NCBI GenBank assembly: GCA_031426555.1
Contig: JANPLN010000048.1
Coordinates: forward strand, 1 to 23,778
Direction: 5' to 3'
Length of the DNA: 23,778 nucleotides
Source of the DNA: Bdellovibrionales bacterium
Lineage (GTDB): Bacteria; Bdellovibrionota; Bdellovibrionia; Bdellovibrionales; JAGQZY01
Part shown: positions 6,946 through 16,705 of the stretch, in pieces
How the letters are laid out: the number at the start of each line of letters is the position of its first letter
Numbering within the stretch: the first letter of the stretch is position 1
Translations under genes and position numbers: made by a program
The notes under the pieces: generated by a model
Told to the model about the DNA's origin: nothing
Seen by the model: the letters and a program-made list of their open reading frames with translations, nothing else
Database searches by the model: none

Positions 6946-9018
6946 TTATTTCATTCCTATGTCTTGTAGAAATTCTGATGATGGCTCAACTCCACTCACC
7001 ATCAAAAAATCCCTCGCTCGTGTGCAAGCTACATAAAGAAGATGCCTTTCTGTTTGGTAAATTTCCTCTAGGTCGGACTCGTCAAGGGCTGCTCCAAGCC
7101 GTGCTTGGTTGGGGATTACTATATCGTCACAAGCCATTATAAAAACAGATTTGAACTCCAAGCCCTTGGCCAAATGCATTGTTCCCACAGATACATTATT
7201 GTATTGCGTATTCATGTGATCGGTCAGCATATTAGCTACAAGATTTGCGACCTTCAATGCGGAAGTTGCTCTTGGGATTTCGTTTTCAGTTCTGACAAAA
7301 ATACCAATTTCTTCTGGTCGGACGCCTAGCCCTATTTGACGTAATATTTCCTTGGCGACTGCATTTTGTTCTTCATTAATTGTCGAGGCTGTTTTGATTA
7401 TCGGTTTAATGCCGTCAAAGACAGAAATAGTAGAAAGTCTCGCTTCCTTGTTCTGGTCAACGTCAGATAGCTCTTCAGGTAACAGGCAATCAGCACTCAA
7501 GCGAATTTGGTGTGAAGTTCTATAGTTTACTTTCAGCGTCTTTGAGCGCCCTCTAATTTCAACGCCCAACGCCTTCCAGCTAAATGGCTGTTGAAAAATT
7601 CTTTGCCCCAAATCGCCAGCGAAAAACAAACCGTTTTCTCTATTACCGCCAAGAGCCTCAAGAAGTCTTAGTTGACAGACGCCGATGTCTTGCGCCTCAT
7701 CTACCACGATATTGGTATAAGGTGGATTTCTGTACTTGCCAGCCTGTTGCGCGAGGTCATTGAAGGCTTCATCAAGTGTTACTGAACCTTCTTTTTCTAA
7801 GATCTTTTTAACAACAGAAAATAAGTCCCAAACTTTCTGCTTTTGAGCCTCAGACAACCTCTTACGTCGACCGAGACGTCTCGCATCCTTATATTCGTCC
7901 CAGGATTTAATTTGCCAAGCATCGATGACATCTCTCCACTCGCTCGCTAAATATGATGTGGCTATTTGTAGCTCCGGGAACTTCTTACGCTCACCCTCAA
8001 GATGGGCCAAAAGGGTCTCCGAAGAAATAATTTCCTTCTTGTTCTTAAGACGAGAATAAAGACTCTGCGCGACTTCATTGAATGCGAAAATATCTATTCG
8101 ATCACCCAATAATGGGCTGCCGACCAAGAGCTTTTTAATCCTTACTCTAAGCGCATTTGCCAATGTTTCTGAAAATGTTGTCAGCAAAACGCGGGACTCA
8201 GGATGGGATTTCAGCAAATGTACTGCTCTGTGAAGTGCAACAATTGTTTTCCCAGTTCCGGCCGAACCCGACACGCGAAATGGACCAGAACAATTCTGCT
8301 CGACCAAATTACGCTGATCTGGATGGAGAAAGATTGTCCATTTATCCCAAGGAGCATCCAAAGCTTTTAGAAGCTCTTCATGTGTGCTAATCAGCGAGAA
8401 CCTTCGTTTTGCATCAGGGTGGTCAAATGGAGCAGATTTTTCTACGATCTTCGGGCTAGACGGAGTGCCACCAGTTGCCAACTCAAGTAGTGCCTCAGAC
8501 GCTTCCTGCGGAAGATGCTTAGCGATATCAAATAGTGAGTCTTCAGTTACCAATTTAACATCAGCAATCCATTCGGGGGGCACGCCATAGCTCAATAGCT
8601 CAGCATCGTTTATGCTTTCGAAGAGAGGCTTAGGTGCAACTACCACCTTTTGTTGCTCAATAATTTTCGGCACAATTATCTCTTTTACGAGCTCACGTAC
8701 CTCAACGATTTGGGCAGCTCCAGTTTGGGGGTGCGCCTCGATCTTTCTCCTTTCGGCCCAGTCATACGCTCTGTCGTGATGGCCTACGTAACAGACTAAA
8801 AAACTAGAATTAGTTTTGTGTACAATGATTCTAATATCTCTGCCAGCGCGTACGGACCAAAAATTTGCGTCCCTTGATTTTTCGATGCGATGAAATTGCA
8901 TACTAGGACTTGCCGGATCTAGCTGAAGATCAAAAACAGTTGTTTTTACCTGTTTCTGCTCTTCGTTGGTAAGACGAGTAAGGCTTGAAGTAAACGTATC
9001 AGAAATTCTAAATTCCAT
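6946..9018 (-). CDS. SF1 (UvrD/Rep) helicase with an N-terminal RelE/ParE-like domain
   Basis: Helicase motifs: Walker A GSAGTGKT, VLLTTFSETLA, Walker B VVDEAQD, GDLGQRIF, LKVNYRT, TMHLAKGLEF, LLYVACTRAR. The first ~90 aa (SDTFTSSLTRL...FWSVRAGRDIRIIV...YVGHHDRAY) fit a RelE-like fold. Confidence 0.88.
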   Translation of the reverse strand: MEFRISDTFTSSLTRLTNEEQKQVKTTVFDLQLDPASPSMQFHRIEKSRDANFWSVRAGRDIRIIVHKTNSSFLVCYVGHHDRAYDWAERRKIEAHPQTGAAQIVEVRELVKEIIVPKIIEQQKVVVAPKPLFESINDAELLSYGVPPEWIADVKLVTEDSLFDIAKHLPQEASEALLELATGGTPSSPKIVEKSAPFDHPDAKRRFSLISTHEELLKALDAPWDKWTIFLHPDQRNLVEQNCSGPFRVSGSAGTGKTIVALHRAVHLLKSHPESRVLLTTFSETLANALRVRIKKLLVGSPLLGDRIDIFAFNEVAQSLYSRLKNKKEIISSETLLAHLEGERKKFPELQIATSYLASEWRDVIDAWQIKSWDEYKDARRLGRRKRLSEAQKQKVWDLFSVVKKILEKEGSVTLDEAFNDLAQQAGKYRNPPYTNIVVDEAQDIGVCQLRLLEALGGNRENGLFFAGDLGQRIFQQPFSWKALGVEIRGRSKTLKVNYRTSHQIRLSADCLLPEELSDVDQNKEARLSTISVFDGIKPIIKTASTINEEQNAVAKEILRQIGLGVRPEEIGIFVRTENEIPRATSALKVANLVANMLTDHMNTQYNNVSVGTMHLAKGLEFKSVFIMACDDIVIPNQARLGAALDESDLEEIYQTERHLLYVACTRARDFLMVSGVEPSSEFLQDIGMK

Positions 9019-11817
9019 TTAATCCACCTTAAAGACTTTCATAACCTCGTCACCAAGGTGATTTATAACTTTAACTGCTATGCGACCAGACTCAGGTTTA
9101 TCAAAAGGTCGCGAAGTATCGCTGTTCAATGAGTCCCACGCTTCTTGGTCAATCTCTGCCTTCAATGAAGTTTTAAGCGCCTTATAAGGGTCATTAGCTC
9201 CAAGAAAGTAAGCATGCCGCACGAAAAAACTTTCTTCATTGTAATCGGTATCAATGAACCAACAAGCGATCCCGTCCGCCCCATCACTTCTAACCTCGCC
9301 TGTATTTGGATGAAAAACATCTACACCATTTATCTTAACTTGAATTTGAGATCCCTTTACTTTTCTAATCTCAATATCAGGCTCACCAAATATAACAAAT
9401 AGATTACCTTTACCTGTATTCTTCAATTCGTCAGCCATATGAAGGTCAGCATTCATTCGAGCCTTCAAAATTGGTATTCGACCCAATGTTTGAAAGTCTG
9501 AAGCCATAGCATCATAATTGAATGCACAGGCGACCAAGACTTCAAAATCAGAGTCTCCGGCCTCTTTGGCGGCCGCTACGAGATCAGGCTTTGAAACAGT
9601 TCCAAACTCTGGACCGATAAAAATAGCAGCTCTTTTTTCTTTTCCTGATTTTTTTTCGATATAGGTGCCCTCAGCGGAGATCATCTGCCCAGGCCAAGGT
9701 TTAATTGACGTGAAAGGTATCTTGTCTTCTTTATGAGCTTGTTGGACACCCGCATTTTTCAGATTTTCAATAATTACTGTAGTAAAATCCTGTGCCCCAG
9801 ACATTTCTTGTGGCAAATTTTCATTATCGCGAATGAGACTATCGTCGAAATCAACGGCCAGAACTTTATGTGGTGAAACACTCTCAACTGTAAACGGTCC
9901 GGCTACGCGTACTTTGTTTTTATCTACAAATGGTTTATCGTACAGGCACTCAGATTCGCCCTTGGCAGCGATAGAGGAATCAATCTCCATCTTTCGCTGT
10001 TGCCAAAAACGCCAAAAATCAGAGAGTAGTTTTTGGGACGCCTCGGACCAAGCACTTTCAGCGTTCCTAGGAATATCCCAAACATTCCACTTTTTCTTCA
10101 TCTCCGAGTTCAATTGAGCTACAATTGCATTCAACTTGCTTTCCCATTTCTCACAAATTGCGTCAATCTCAAAATTATTAGCAATCGACTTTAGAGTAAT
10201 ATGAGGCACCCGCTCATATACGAATCCTTGTCTAATGCTGCCAGCGGTAATCGAGCTAGACGGCGCAATTCTTCCAATTTCAGCCTCCTTAAGCTGCCCT
10301 TCCCGGGAATCTCGCAGTATATAGAACGGGTAGCGGGCACCCATAATCCGCGATCTAGCTAGAGCTAGAGCTACTCGCGAAGTATCAATCGTAACCCATC
10401 TGCGCCCCCACTGCTCCGCAACAGTTGCAGTAGTGCCCGATCCACATGTTGGGTCTAAAACTAGATCTCCCGGATCGGTTGTCATAAGCACGCAACGCTG
10501 AATAATTTTTGTTACAGTCTGAACAACATAAATTTGCTCTTCTAAAAAACTTCCCGATCCTGTGTCATCCCAAACCGAAGTTATTGGAACAACTGGGAAG
10601 TCATCAATAAATCGCACATACCGCAAAGAGTTTTCAGTTTTATGAAAACGTGCTGCTTTAGCCAATCTTCCTAATCCATTCAAATGGGTTTTCCATCGAT
10701 GATTATAGGCTTTCCCTTCAAATTTAAACTCAAATCTTGGGTTTGCGGACTCCACGGAGGTTGGTTGAAATATCCTGCCATTCGAAATATTCAAGCCAGC
10801 ACTCTGAGCGGCTTTGACAGAGAATCTTTCACCGCTTGGCATTTCTACCGAATTATAACCTGCAACTGTCTCGCGGGTTTTCGGTAGAAAAAGTGGGCGA
10901 AACTTAACGCTATCTTTTTTGCGACTATACCAAAGAAGATAATCAGATGTGGATGGCACTAAAGACTGCGACAGCCCACCAGTTTTTTGGATTGTAAACT
11001 GACAACAGAAATTCTCATCCCCAAACACTTCGTCCATTAAGGCTCGTACTCTGTGAACATTTTCATCACCGATTTGAATAAACACAGAACCACTGTCCGC
11101 TAGAAGATCCCGAGCAACTGTAAGTCTGTCTCGCAAATATGTTAAATAGCTGTGAATACCATCGCGCCAAGTATCGCGAAAGGCCTTAACCTGCTCAGGT
11201 TCGCGGGTGATGTGGTCAGTTTTGCCATCTTTTACATCACGGCTAGTGGTTGACCATTGAAAATTACTGTTGAATTTAATCCCATAGGGCGGGTCAAAAT
11301 AAATACATTGAACCTTTCCTCTCAGCCCCTCTCTCTCAGCCAGACTTGCCATAACCTGGAGGGAGTCCCCAAGAATCATCCGATTAGACCAGTGAGAATC
11401 ATGCTGATAAAATTCTGTTTTTGCTCCTTCTGTTGGCAAACCATTAAAATCTGAAAAAAGATTGATCTGTTCATCCGCAGGTTGAGGCTTTTCCGATTTC
11501 TTAATAAGGTCGTCGATTAAAAATTTTGGATGAACTTTCTCTTGGATGAATAGTGGAGGGGCAGCCACTACTAGATCAGACCAGTCCTGCGAATCTTTTC
11601 CACGCCAAACGAGTTGAGGATCAAGATCTTTATTTCTTTTTGCATAGGCAACTTGAATTGGAGTCTGATCAGTTTTTTGCATGATTGACTGAAACTCAGC
11701 CGTTGGAATATTTTTTCTTCTTGCCTCATCATGCGTAATCGTTTCGACGTGGACTCTGCTTGAGGTATTCGAGGCTTTATTGGTTTTGGCTTTTGAAGCT
11801 TTTATTTTTTTTGCCAT
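9019..11817 (-). CDS. mod: Type III-like restriction-modification DNA methyltransferase (Mod, beta-class N6A/N4C)
   Basis: Catalytic motif IV IYFDPPYG precedes the SAM-binding motif VLDPTCGSGTT, which is beta-class order. A variable TRD-like region lies between them. C-terminus RIAVKVINHLGDEVMKV. Confidence 0.92.
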   Translation of the reverse strand: MAKKIKASKAKTNKASNTSSRVHVETITHDEARRKNIPTAEFQSIMQKTDQTPIQVAYAKRNKDLDPQLVWRGKDSQDWSDLVVAAPPLFIQEKVHPKFLIDDLIKKSEKPQPADEQINLFSDFNGLPTEGAKTEFYQHDSHWSNRMILGDSLQVMASLAEREGLRGKVQCIYFDPPYGIKFNSNFQWSTTSRDVKDGKTDHITREPEQVKAFRDTWRDGIHSYLTYLRDRLTVARDLLADSGSVFIQIGDENVHRVRALMDEVFGDENFCCQFTIQKTGGLSQSLVPSTSDYLLWYSRKKDSVKFRPLFLPKTRETVAGYNSVEMPSGERFSVKAAQSAGLNISNGRIFQPTSVESANPRFEFKFEGKAYNHRWKTHLNGLGRLAKAARFHKTENSLRYVRFIDDFPVVPITSVWDDTGSGSFLEEQIYVVQTVTKIIQRCVLMTTDPGDLVLDPTCGSGTTATVAEQWGRRWVTIDTSRVALALARSRIMGARYPFYILRDSREGQLKEAEIGRIAPSSSITAGSIRQGFVYERVPHITLKSIANNFEIDAICEKWESKLNAIVAQLNSEMKKKWNVWDIPRNAESAWSEASQKLLSDFWRFWQQRKMEIDSSIAAKGESECLYDKPFVDKNKVRVAGPFTVESVSPHKVLAVDFDDSLIRDNENLPQEMSGAQDFTTVIIENLKNAGVQQAHKEDKIPFTSIKPWPGQMISAEGTYIEKKSGKEKRAAIFIGPEFGTVSKPDLVAAAKEAGDSDFEVLVACAFNYDAMASDFQTLGRIPILKARMNADLHMADELKNTGKGNLFVIFGEPDIEIRKVKGSQIQVKINGVDVFHPNTGEVRSDGADGIACWFIDTDYNEESFFVRHAYFLGANDPYKALKTSLKAEIDQEAWDSLNSDTSRPFDKPESGRIAVKVINHLGDEVMKVFKVD

Positions 11818-11818
11818 A

Positions 11819-14800
11819 TTAAACGTCCTTACTCAATTTACTAGCGATTACTTTCGCAAACTCTTCTTCAAGTCTCTTAGCGAAGTTTGCTTCCATTTCA
11901 TATACATTCGTAAATTCAGCAAAAGCCCAACGACCAAAAGAGCCAAGACGATTCACACCAGGCACCCAATAGGTGTCCATCGTCGACTTCTTCTCAACGG
12001 CATCTTCGCCGCGATATCCTTTGATTTCTACTACAAGATGCAAAGGATTTTCTGGTCCATGCCCGTCATCAACCAGCACAATGAAGTCCGGGCGATACTT
12101 TCGTTGCTCTGCCTTGAATCGATAGGGCACTTCAAATCCTAAACTATGATTTTTAACATATCTCATGACTTTTGGATGCGATTCTACGATTCGACAGAAC
12201 TCTGCCTCCCAGGTGCTATCCCAAATAATCCAATTAATCGGACACTTGCGTGCGTCGGGCAAGTAACGTGTCGTTTTTGTCGTGTGAAAATTTACTTCGT
12301 GAGTTGTTCCAAAAGGATTGAATGAATCAAGTGTTGCAAAAATTGCTGTGCCTTGGGAATGCTTTTGAAATATCGCTGCAGCAATTCGGCCAGCAGCCAT
12401 ATCTAAAATCTGGAGATAGAGCAGTTGTGCTGGGTACGTTCCACCACTGCAATGCAAATAGCCTTCCATCCATTTTTTGCAAACAGCTTTTAATTGGCCG
12501 AAAAGGTGAAGTTTCGGTTCTTGGTTATCATCTCTAAAGTGAGTGAATAAAAGATATTTGGTTAGATGAAATAGTATTGTTGAGTTTCGATAGTCTTTTG
12601 TGTGCAAGAGTGTGAGGTCTACACCTTCACCAACAATGCCTTCGTTTTTGGTTGTCGCAGGGCCTATTAAATCAGGTGTTATCGTAAGCACTGAATCCTC
12701 ATGAAAATTTGCTCCGATTCCCTCTTCTGGCAACTCCACTCTGTAACCAGCTATACGGGGAAATCGAATTTCGAGTAGATCTCGCTCTGGGCGAACTGCT
12801 TTGACGTGAATTGTTTCGCGTGGTCGCTGTGGTGTTGGGATGACTGGTGTGGCTGTGAAGTCAAAAGGAATACCCAAGACGTCTGCATATTCGACTTCGA
12901 ATTTTCCATCGGCATTTACATCATAGGATTGCCTTCGAAGTGCTCGTCCAATTACTTGTTCACAAAGTAGTTGAGTCCCGAACGCTCTCACGCCAAGAAC
13001 GTGAGTAACAGTATTCGTGTCCCAACCTTCTGTAAGCATCGAAACAGACACGACACAGCGGATCGATTCGCCTAGGCGATCTTTTTTCCCGACAGTATTC
13101 ATTACTTCTCTAAGCAGATCTTGGTCACTAATATCTTCTGCTTTTCTTGCGTCTCCTGTTCTCTCGATTATTTCGCGCCGAAATCGATCGATTTCGTCAG
13201 ACGCGATTTCTCTAAAATTTGCCTGCAAGGCCTCACCTGATTCAAGTTGCTTACTATCTATAAGAAACGATCTTGGCTTGGTGTAAGGTGTACCAAACTC
13301 ATCAAAATTTCGAAAAAGCTCCAGCGCACCAGGTACAAAATCGGTACTGCCGTCTTTGTTTTTTCTTTGAAAGCCAGAAATATAGTCATATACAAGTTTC
13401 GAGGTAGTTGTGTTGTTACAAACTACAATAAAACATGGTGGTACATTTATTTGGGCTTCTTCCCATTGCTTAAAAATCTTTGCATAATGCCCATAGAGTG
13501 ACTCAAGTGCAGTTTGAAGGGGTATTGGTAGTTTTTTTGGGTCCAATTCTTCGTTGGCCTTTCTGCCTTTTTTTGGCATATCTTTACCTATGTGCTCCCA
13601 AAGATTCCTGTACATCGGCATATCGCTACCAGGAATATTATCCACAACGGGAACCCTTGGCAGCTTTACGATTCCGCACTCGATAGCATCCATGAGCGAA
13701 AAATCACTCATCGTCCAGGGGAAAAGTGTGCCTTCAGCATAACCAGAGCCTCTCAAAAAGAAAGGTGTCGCAGAAAGATCCACAATTCGATTTGCACCGA
13801 GATTTCTTTTAACTATTTCCAGTCCAGAGATCCAAAGGCGGGCGGCTTCATTATTCTCTTCAACTTCGTCTCTCTCCTCGCCTTTGAGGCCTTCGGTATC
13901 ATCGTCTGACACAGGTTTTTCCCGATAACAGTGATGAGCTTCGTCATTGATTATGAAAATGCCTTTTATTCCCATTAATTCTGGCATTGCTCTTTGAAGC
14001 ATTTGCCCCTCTGTCTCGAGGGTATTGAGCGCTTCTCCTCGGCCCTGTAAAAGGGAGCGCCCGCCTTTAGATATTTCAACTCTCTCGCGCAATTTGAAAG
14101 TGTGATAATTGGTGATAACAATTTTAGCGCGAGCAATCTCCGGTAGAAATTCAGTCGGAACTAACTCTCGTGATCTAAAGTAACTATCCGGATCATTAGG
14201 TTGCAGCACTCTCAAACGATCTTTGATCGTGATGCCCGGCGAGACAATCAAAAATCCTTTAGAGAATTTATTGCTCTTTGGGTGTCGAACCGCATTGATG
14301 GTCTGCCACGCAATCAACATCGCCATTACTGCAGTTTTTCCCGTACCCGTCGCAAGCTTAAGGGCTAATCGCATTAATTCTGGATTTGCATCGTTGTTTG
14401 CATTCGCTAGATATTCAAGAAACTCGGTACCTGATTTACCGATGTTTGGCGCAACCTCCGTCAACCAAATAGCAGTTTCAACGGCCTCAATCTGACAGAA
14501 GAACGGACGGACTCCGTTAAAATTATGATGCCGCCAGTGCTGAAGCAGACGAGCTGTTTCTGGAGTCACACCCCAATTATTGGTGTTCGGCAGTGCTCGC
14601 CAACTGTCGACCAGCGTCCGCAAACGATTTATAACCGGAGTTGGATCATACATCTGCCCCTGTGTAGCATTGCCCTGCGCATCGAGGCCCATTTGCAACT
14701 GTTCAGATCTGTTTCGATTTCGCGGCTTTGGAATTGGTGATATGAATTTCGCAACACGCCGACTCTCGATTATCTTTTGTGTTGGCTGCCCGTGTTCGTC

Positions 14801-14872
14801 CAGCTCCCAGTGGCGAGAGGGATATTTGTAGGGCGAATTTAATATTGGTGCATCGTAGAAAGGATTAGACAT
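11819..14872 (-). CDS. res: Type III-like restriction endonuclease subunit (SF2 helicase plus PD-(D/E)xK nuclease)
   Basis: Motifs KLATGTGKT, NDEAHHCY, DLSATPF, SMLTEGWD, EQVIGRALRR and C-terminal YRPDFIV...VEIKG. The ATG at 14872 (MSNPFY) follows AGAGGA and is preferred over the ORF-track start at 14917. Confidence 0.9.
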   Translation of the reverse strand: MSNPFYDAPILNSPYKYPSRHWELDEHGQPTQKIIESRRVAKFISPIPKPRNRNRSEQLQMGLDAQGNATQGQMYDPTPVINRLRTLVDSWRALPNTNNWGVTPETARLLQHWRHHNFNGVRPFFCQIEAVETAIWLTEVAPNIGKSGTEFLEYLANANNDANPELMRLALKLATGTGKTAVMAMLIAWQTINAVRHPKSNKFSKGFLIVSPGITIKDRLRVLQPNDPDSYFRSRELVPTEFLPEIARAKIVITNYHTFKLRERVEISKGGRSLLQGRGEALNTLETEGQMLQRAMPELMGIKGIFIINDEAHHCYREKPVSDDDTEGLKGEERDEVEENNEAARLWISGLEIVKRNLGANRIVDLSATPFFLRGSGYAEGTLFPWTMSDFSLMDAIECGIVKLPRVPVVDNIPGSDMPMYRNLWEHIGKDMPKKGRKANEELDPKKLPIPLQTALESLYGHYAKIFKQWEEAQINVPPCFIVVCNNTTTSKLVYDYISGFQRKNKDGSTDFVPGALELFRNFDEFGTPYTKPRSFLIDSKQLESGEALQANFREIASDEIDRFRREIIERTGDARKAEDISDQDLLREVMNTVGKKDRLGESIRCVVSVSMLTEGWDTNTVTHVLGVRAFGTQLLCEQVIGRALRRQSYDVNADGKFEVEYADVLGIPFDFTATPVIPTPQRPRETIHVKAVRPERDLLEIRFPRIAGYRVELPEEGIGANFHEDSVLTITPDLIGPATTKNEGIVGEGVDLTLLHTKDYRNSTILFHLTKYLLFTHFRDDNQEPKLHLFGQLKAVCKKWMEGYLHCSGGTYPAQLLYLQILDMAAGRIAAAIFQKHSQGTAIFATLDSFNPFGTTHEVNFHTTKTTRYLPDARKCPINWIIWDSTWEAEFCRIVESHPKVMRYVKNHSLGFEVPYRFKAEQRKYRPDFIVLVDDGHGPENPLHLVVEIKGYRGEDAVEKKSTMDTYWVPGVNRLGSFGRWAFAEFTNVYEMEANFAKRLEEEFAKVIASKLSKDV

Positions 14873-15080
14873 CTTTTTGCTTCCTCTGATTGATATTTGC
14901 GTCACCTGCCCCGCCACTAATTACCCAATTATCAACTTCTGCCGGCCTGAATTTCCAAAGTTTTCCCATTCTGTGGGCGGGGATGCTCTTTCGTTCGAGC
15001 CATCTGTAAATTGTTTCCTTAGAGACCCCTAAATGTACGGAAATCTCTTCGACAGAGAGCCAGCGCTCGTTTATTCCCAA
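14865..15080 (-). CDS. Excisionase/MerR-like HTH_17 DNA-binding protein, probable regulator of the RM operon
   Basis: RWLSVEEISVHLGVSKETIYRWLERKSIPAHRMGKLWKFRPAEVDNWV. TTG start after AAGGTGG. Overlaps the res start by 8 nt. Confidence 0.88.
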   Translation of the reverse strand: MGINERWLSVEEISVHLGVSKETIYRWLERKSIPAHRMGKLWKFRPAEVDNWVISGGAGDANINQRKQKDV

Positions 15081-15105
15081 TCAACACCACCTTAGAATGC
15101 TAAAA

Positions 15106-15139
15106 ATTATCTGGGACAACTAAAAACAAGACAATACAA
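15106..15139 (-). promoter_or_regulatory. Sigma70-like promoter of the HTH-res-mod-helicase operon with phased direct repeats
   Basis: Minus strand TTGTCT (15134-15129), 17 bp spacer, GATAAT (15111-15106). ACAA repeats (plus strand) start at 15116, 15126 and 15136, with an extra copy at 15131. Confidence 0.5.
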
Positions 15140-15336
15140 TTTTTTGTACTGGACCATAGTCTTGCTGCTTACAGTATCTTTTATGGCAGCCGTGTATTGT
15201 GCACAGCTCGCCGAACCTGCCGGTTGGTGACGACTTATGTTTATTTCGAAAAGTATGCTTAAAATTTTTTGCCGTAAAACAACCAACCCTACTGACCATA
15301 ATTGCCGACACAACGGGTAAAACCAACGCTAGTATG

Positions 15337-15460
15337 CGAGCCGCTCCCTAGCTTATCCTAAGAAAGTAATGGCCGGAACGACTAAATACTATGAGGAGTT
15401 TAAGGAGCAATCTAAGCAGTTATGGGAAACAAGTCAGCGCCTATAAATGAATTGAAAGAT
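15337..15460 (+). mobile_element. Degenerate IS3-family remnant (left end and OrfA N-terminus)
   Basis: ATG 15369 gives MAGTTKYYEEFKEQSKQLWETSQR, continuing as PINELKD after a one-base frameshift. This resembles the IS3 OrfA start (KYSxEFKxxAVxL...PIxEL). CGAGCCGCTCCC at 15337 resembles an IS3 terminal repeat. Confidence 0.45.
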
Positions 15461-15520
15461 TCGACGGCCCTGAAGTACTTTAGACTACAATCTTTGATCC
15501 ACAGATAAGATTTGCGCCGT

Positions 15521-16705
15521 CTACCCAGCGACCTTCGTGACTGCACCATTGAATTTTTTTTCGAGTCTTAAAATAATCTGATCCCACATTAATGAATCAA
15601 AAAGTCCACTAACAGGCAAACTCATGATCACTAACTTTCTGTCGCGAGGTAGATCGATTGTTCGTTCTTCAAAACCGCCACTAGAGGGGCAAAAAATCAC
15701 TGCCGTATTCACTGGCTGATAGCCTTCTAGATAGGCCAACATTTGATATATATCCGAGTTAATATTGGCCCAATCAACTTTATACTTACAATCGGCAACA
15801 ATGATTGGAATTCCCGATTGCGTAATTAAAATATCCGGCTCTAGCCTGACCTCAGCGCATAAATCTTGTTTAGCACGTGCCTTATCTGTCACTCTTAAAG
15901 AAAATCGGCGCGCGGCGATTCGCAATTGATTGCGTACATACCCTTCAAAAACCTTGTTCATATCAACACCGAAACCTGCGGAACGGAAACCGTATCGATT
16001 TAGTTTGAGAGCAGTTGCTCTATCTATAAGCCGGACTAGCCACAATGAACGGAAATAAGGGTCATTCGAACTCGGCATTGTAAAGTGCGGTAGAGTTGCA
16101 GCATACGGTATTGAATTTAAATGCGAGATCACTTGACGTAGTCGCCCACTCTTTTCGCTCGACACTAACTGCTCAAGAACTTCGAGGCCCCATTTTATAG
16201 CTATGTTTTCTGGAGTTGCCGGTGAAAATTCGTCGTACTCGCAGACGATACCTTTTCGGACCGGGGTATTAGCGATAAAGTCAGCATAGAACTCTATTTT
16301 TCCTCTAGGTGAAGTGAGTGAATCGACTTCTGCTATAAATTTATGGCGCAATCCGCTTTGAATAAGTTTGAATACTTCGCAGATCAAACCTTCAGCAATG
16401 ACATCCCAAAATGTGCTATCGGACTTAACGATGGCATCTAAGTCCTTTGGATTCGCCTCGCCATCACCACCAATAATCATATTTAATACATCAACTGCAC
16501 CAATTTTGGGCTCAATCACAATTTTTAATTGAGGTAGTAAAATATGTCCTATCCATGAGCCCGCCTCAAGATAGTAGGTTCTAAACTTCTGCCCGCCCTT
16601 GATGGTGATCAGCTCACGATAATGCGCAAGAGCATCGTACTGCTCGGAAGTCAGCTCGATGGCCAGTGATCGTCCGTATTCACGAAGGTGAATTTCTTGT
16701 TTCAC
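15521..16705 (-). CDS. mcrC: McrC-family nuclease subunit of a type IV restriction system
   Basis: IVIEPKIG, CEYDEFSPATPENIAIK, DMNKVFEGYV and the catalytic region EPDILI...VADCKYK...SDIYQMLAY. Its GTG start shares one base with the mcrB TAG. Confidence 0.9.
   Translation of the reverse strand: MKQEIHLREYGRSLAIELTSEQYDALAHYRELITIKGGQKFRTYYLEAGSWIGHILLPQLKIVIEPKIGAVDVLNMIIGGDGEANPKDLDAIVKSDSTFWDVIAEGLICEVFKLIQSGLRHKFIAEVDSLTSPRGKIEFYADFIANTPVRKGIVCEYDEFSPATPENIAIKWGLEVLEQLVSSEKSGRLRQVISHLNSIPYAATLPHFTMPSSNDPYFRSLWLVRLIDRATALKLNRYGFRSAGFGVDMNKVFEGYVRNQLRIAARRFSLRVTDKARAKQDLCAEVRLEPDILITQSGIPIIVADCKYKVDWANINSDIYQMLAYLEGYQPVNTAVIFCPSSGGFEERTIDLPRDRKLVIMSLPVSGLFDSLMWDQIILRLEKKFNGAVTKVAG

Noticed and set aside
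10354..10373. CTAGAG/GCTAGA short tandem repeat in mod, and a CT run near 11329-11337
   Set aside because: Explained by codons for VALALAR and AEREG. Too short for a phasevarion-type repeat tract.
15107..15326. Two 68-aa minus-strand ORFs
   Set aside because: They overlap the predicted promoter and have no convincing RBS or motifs.
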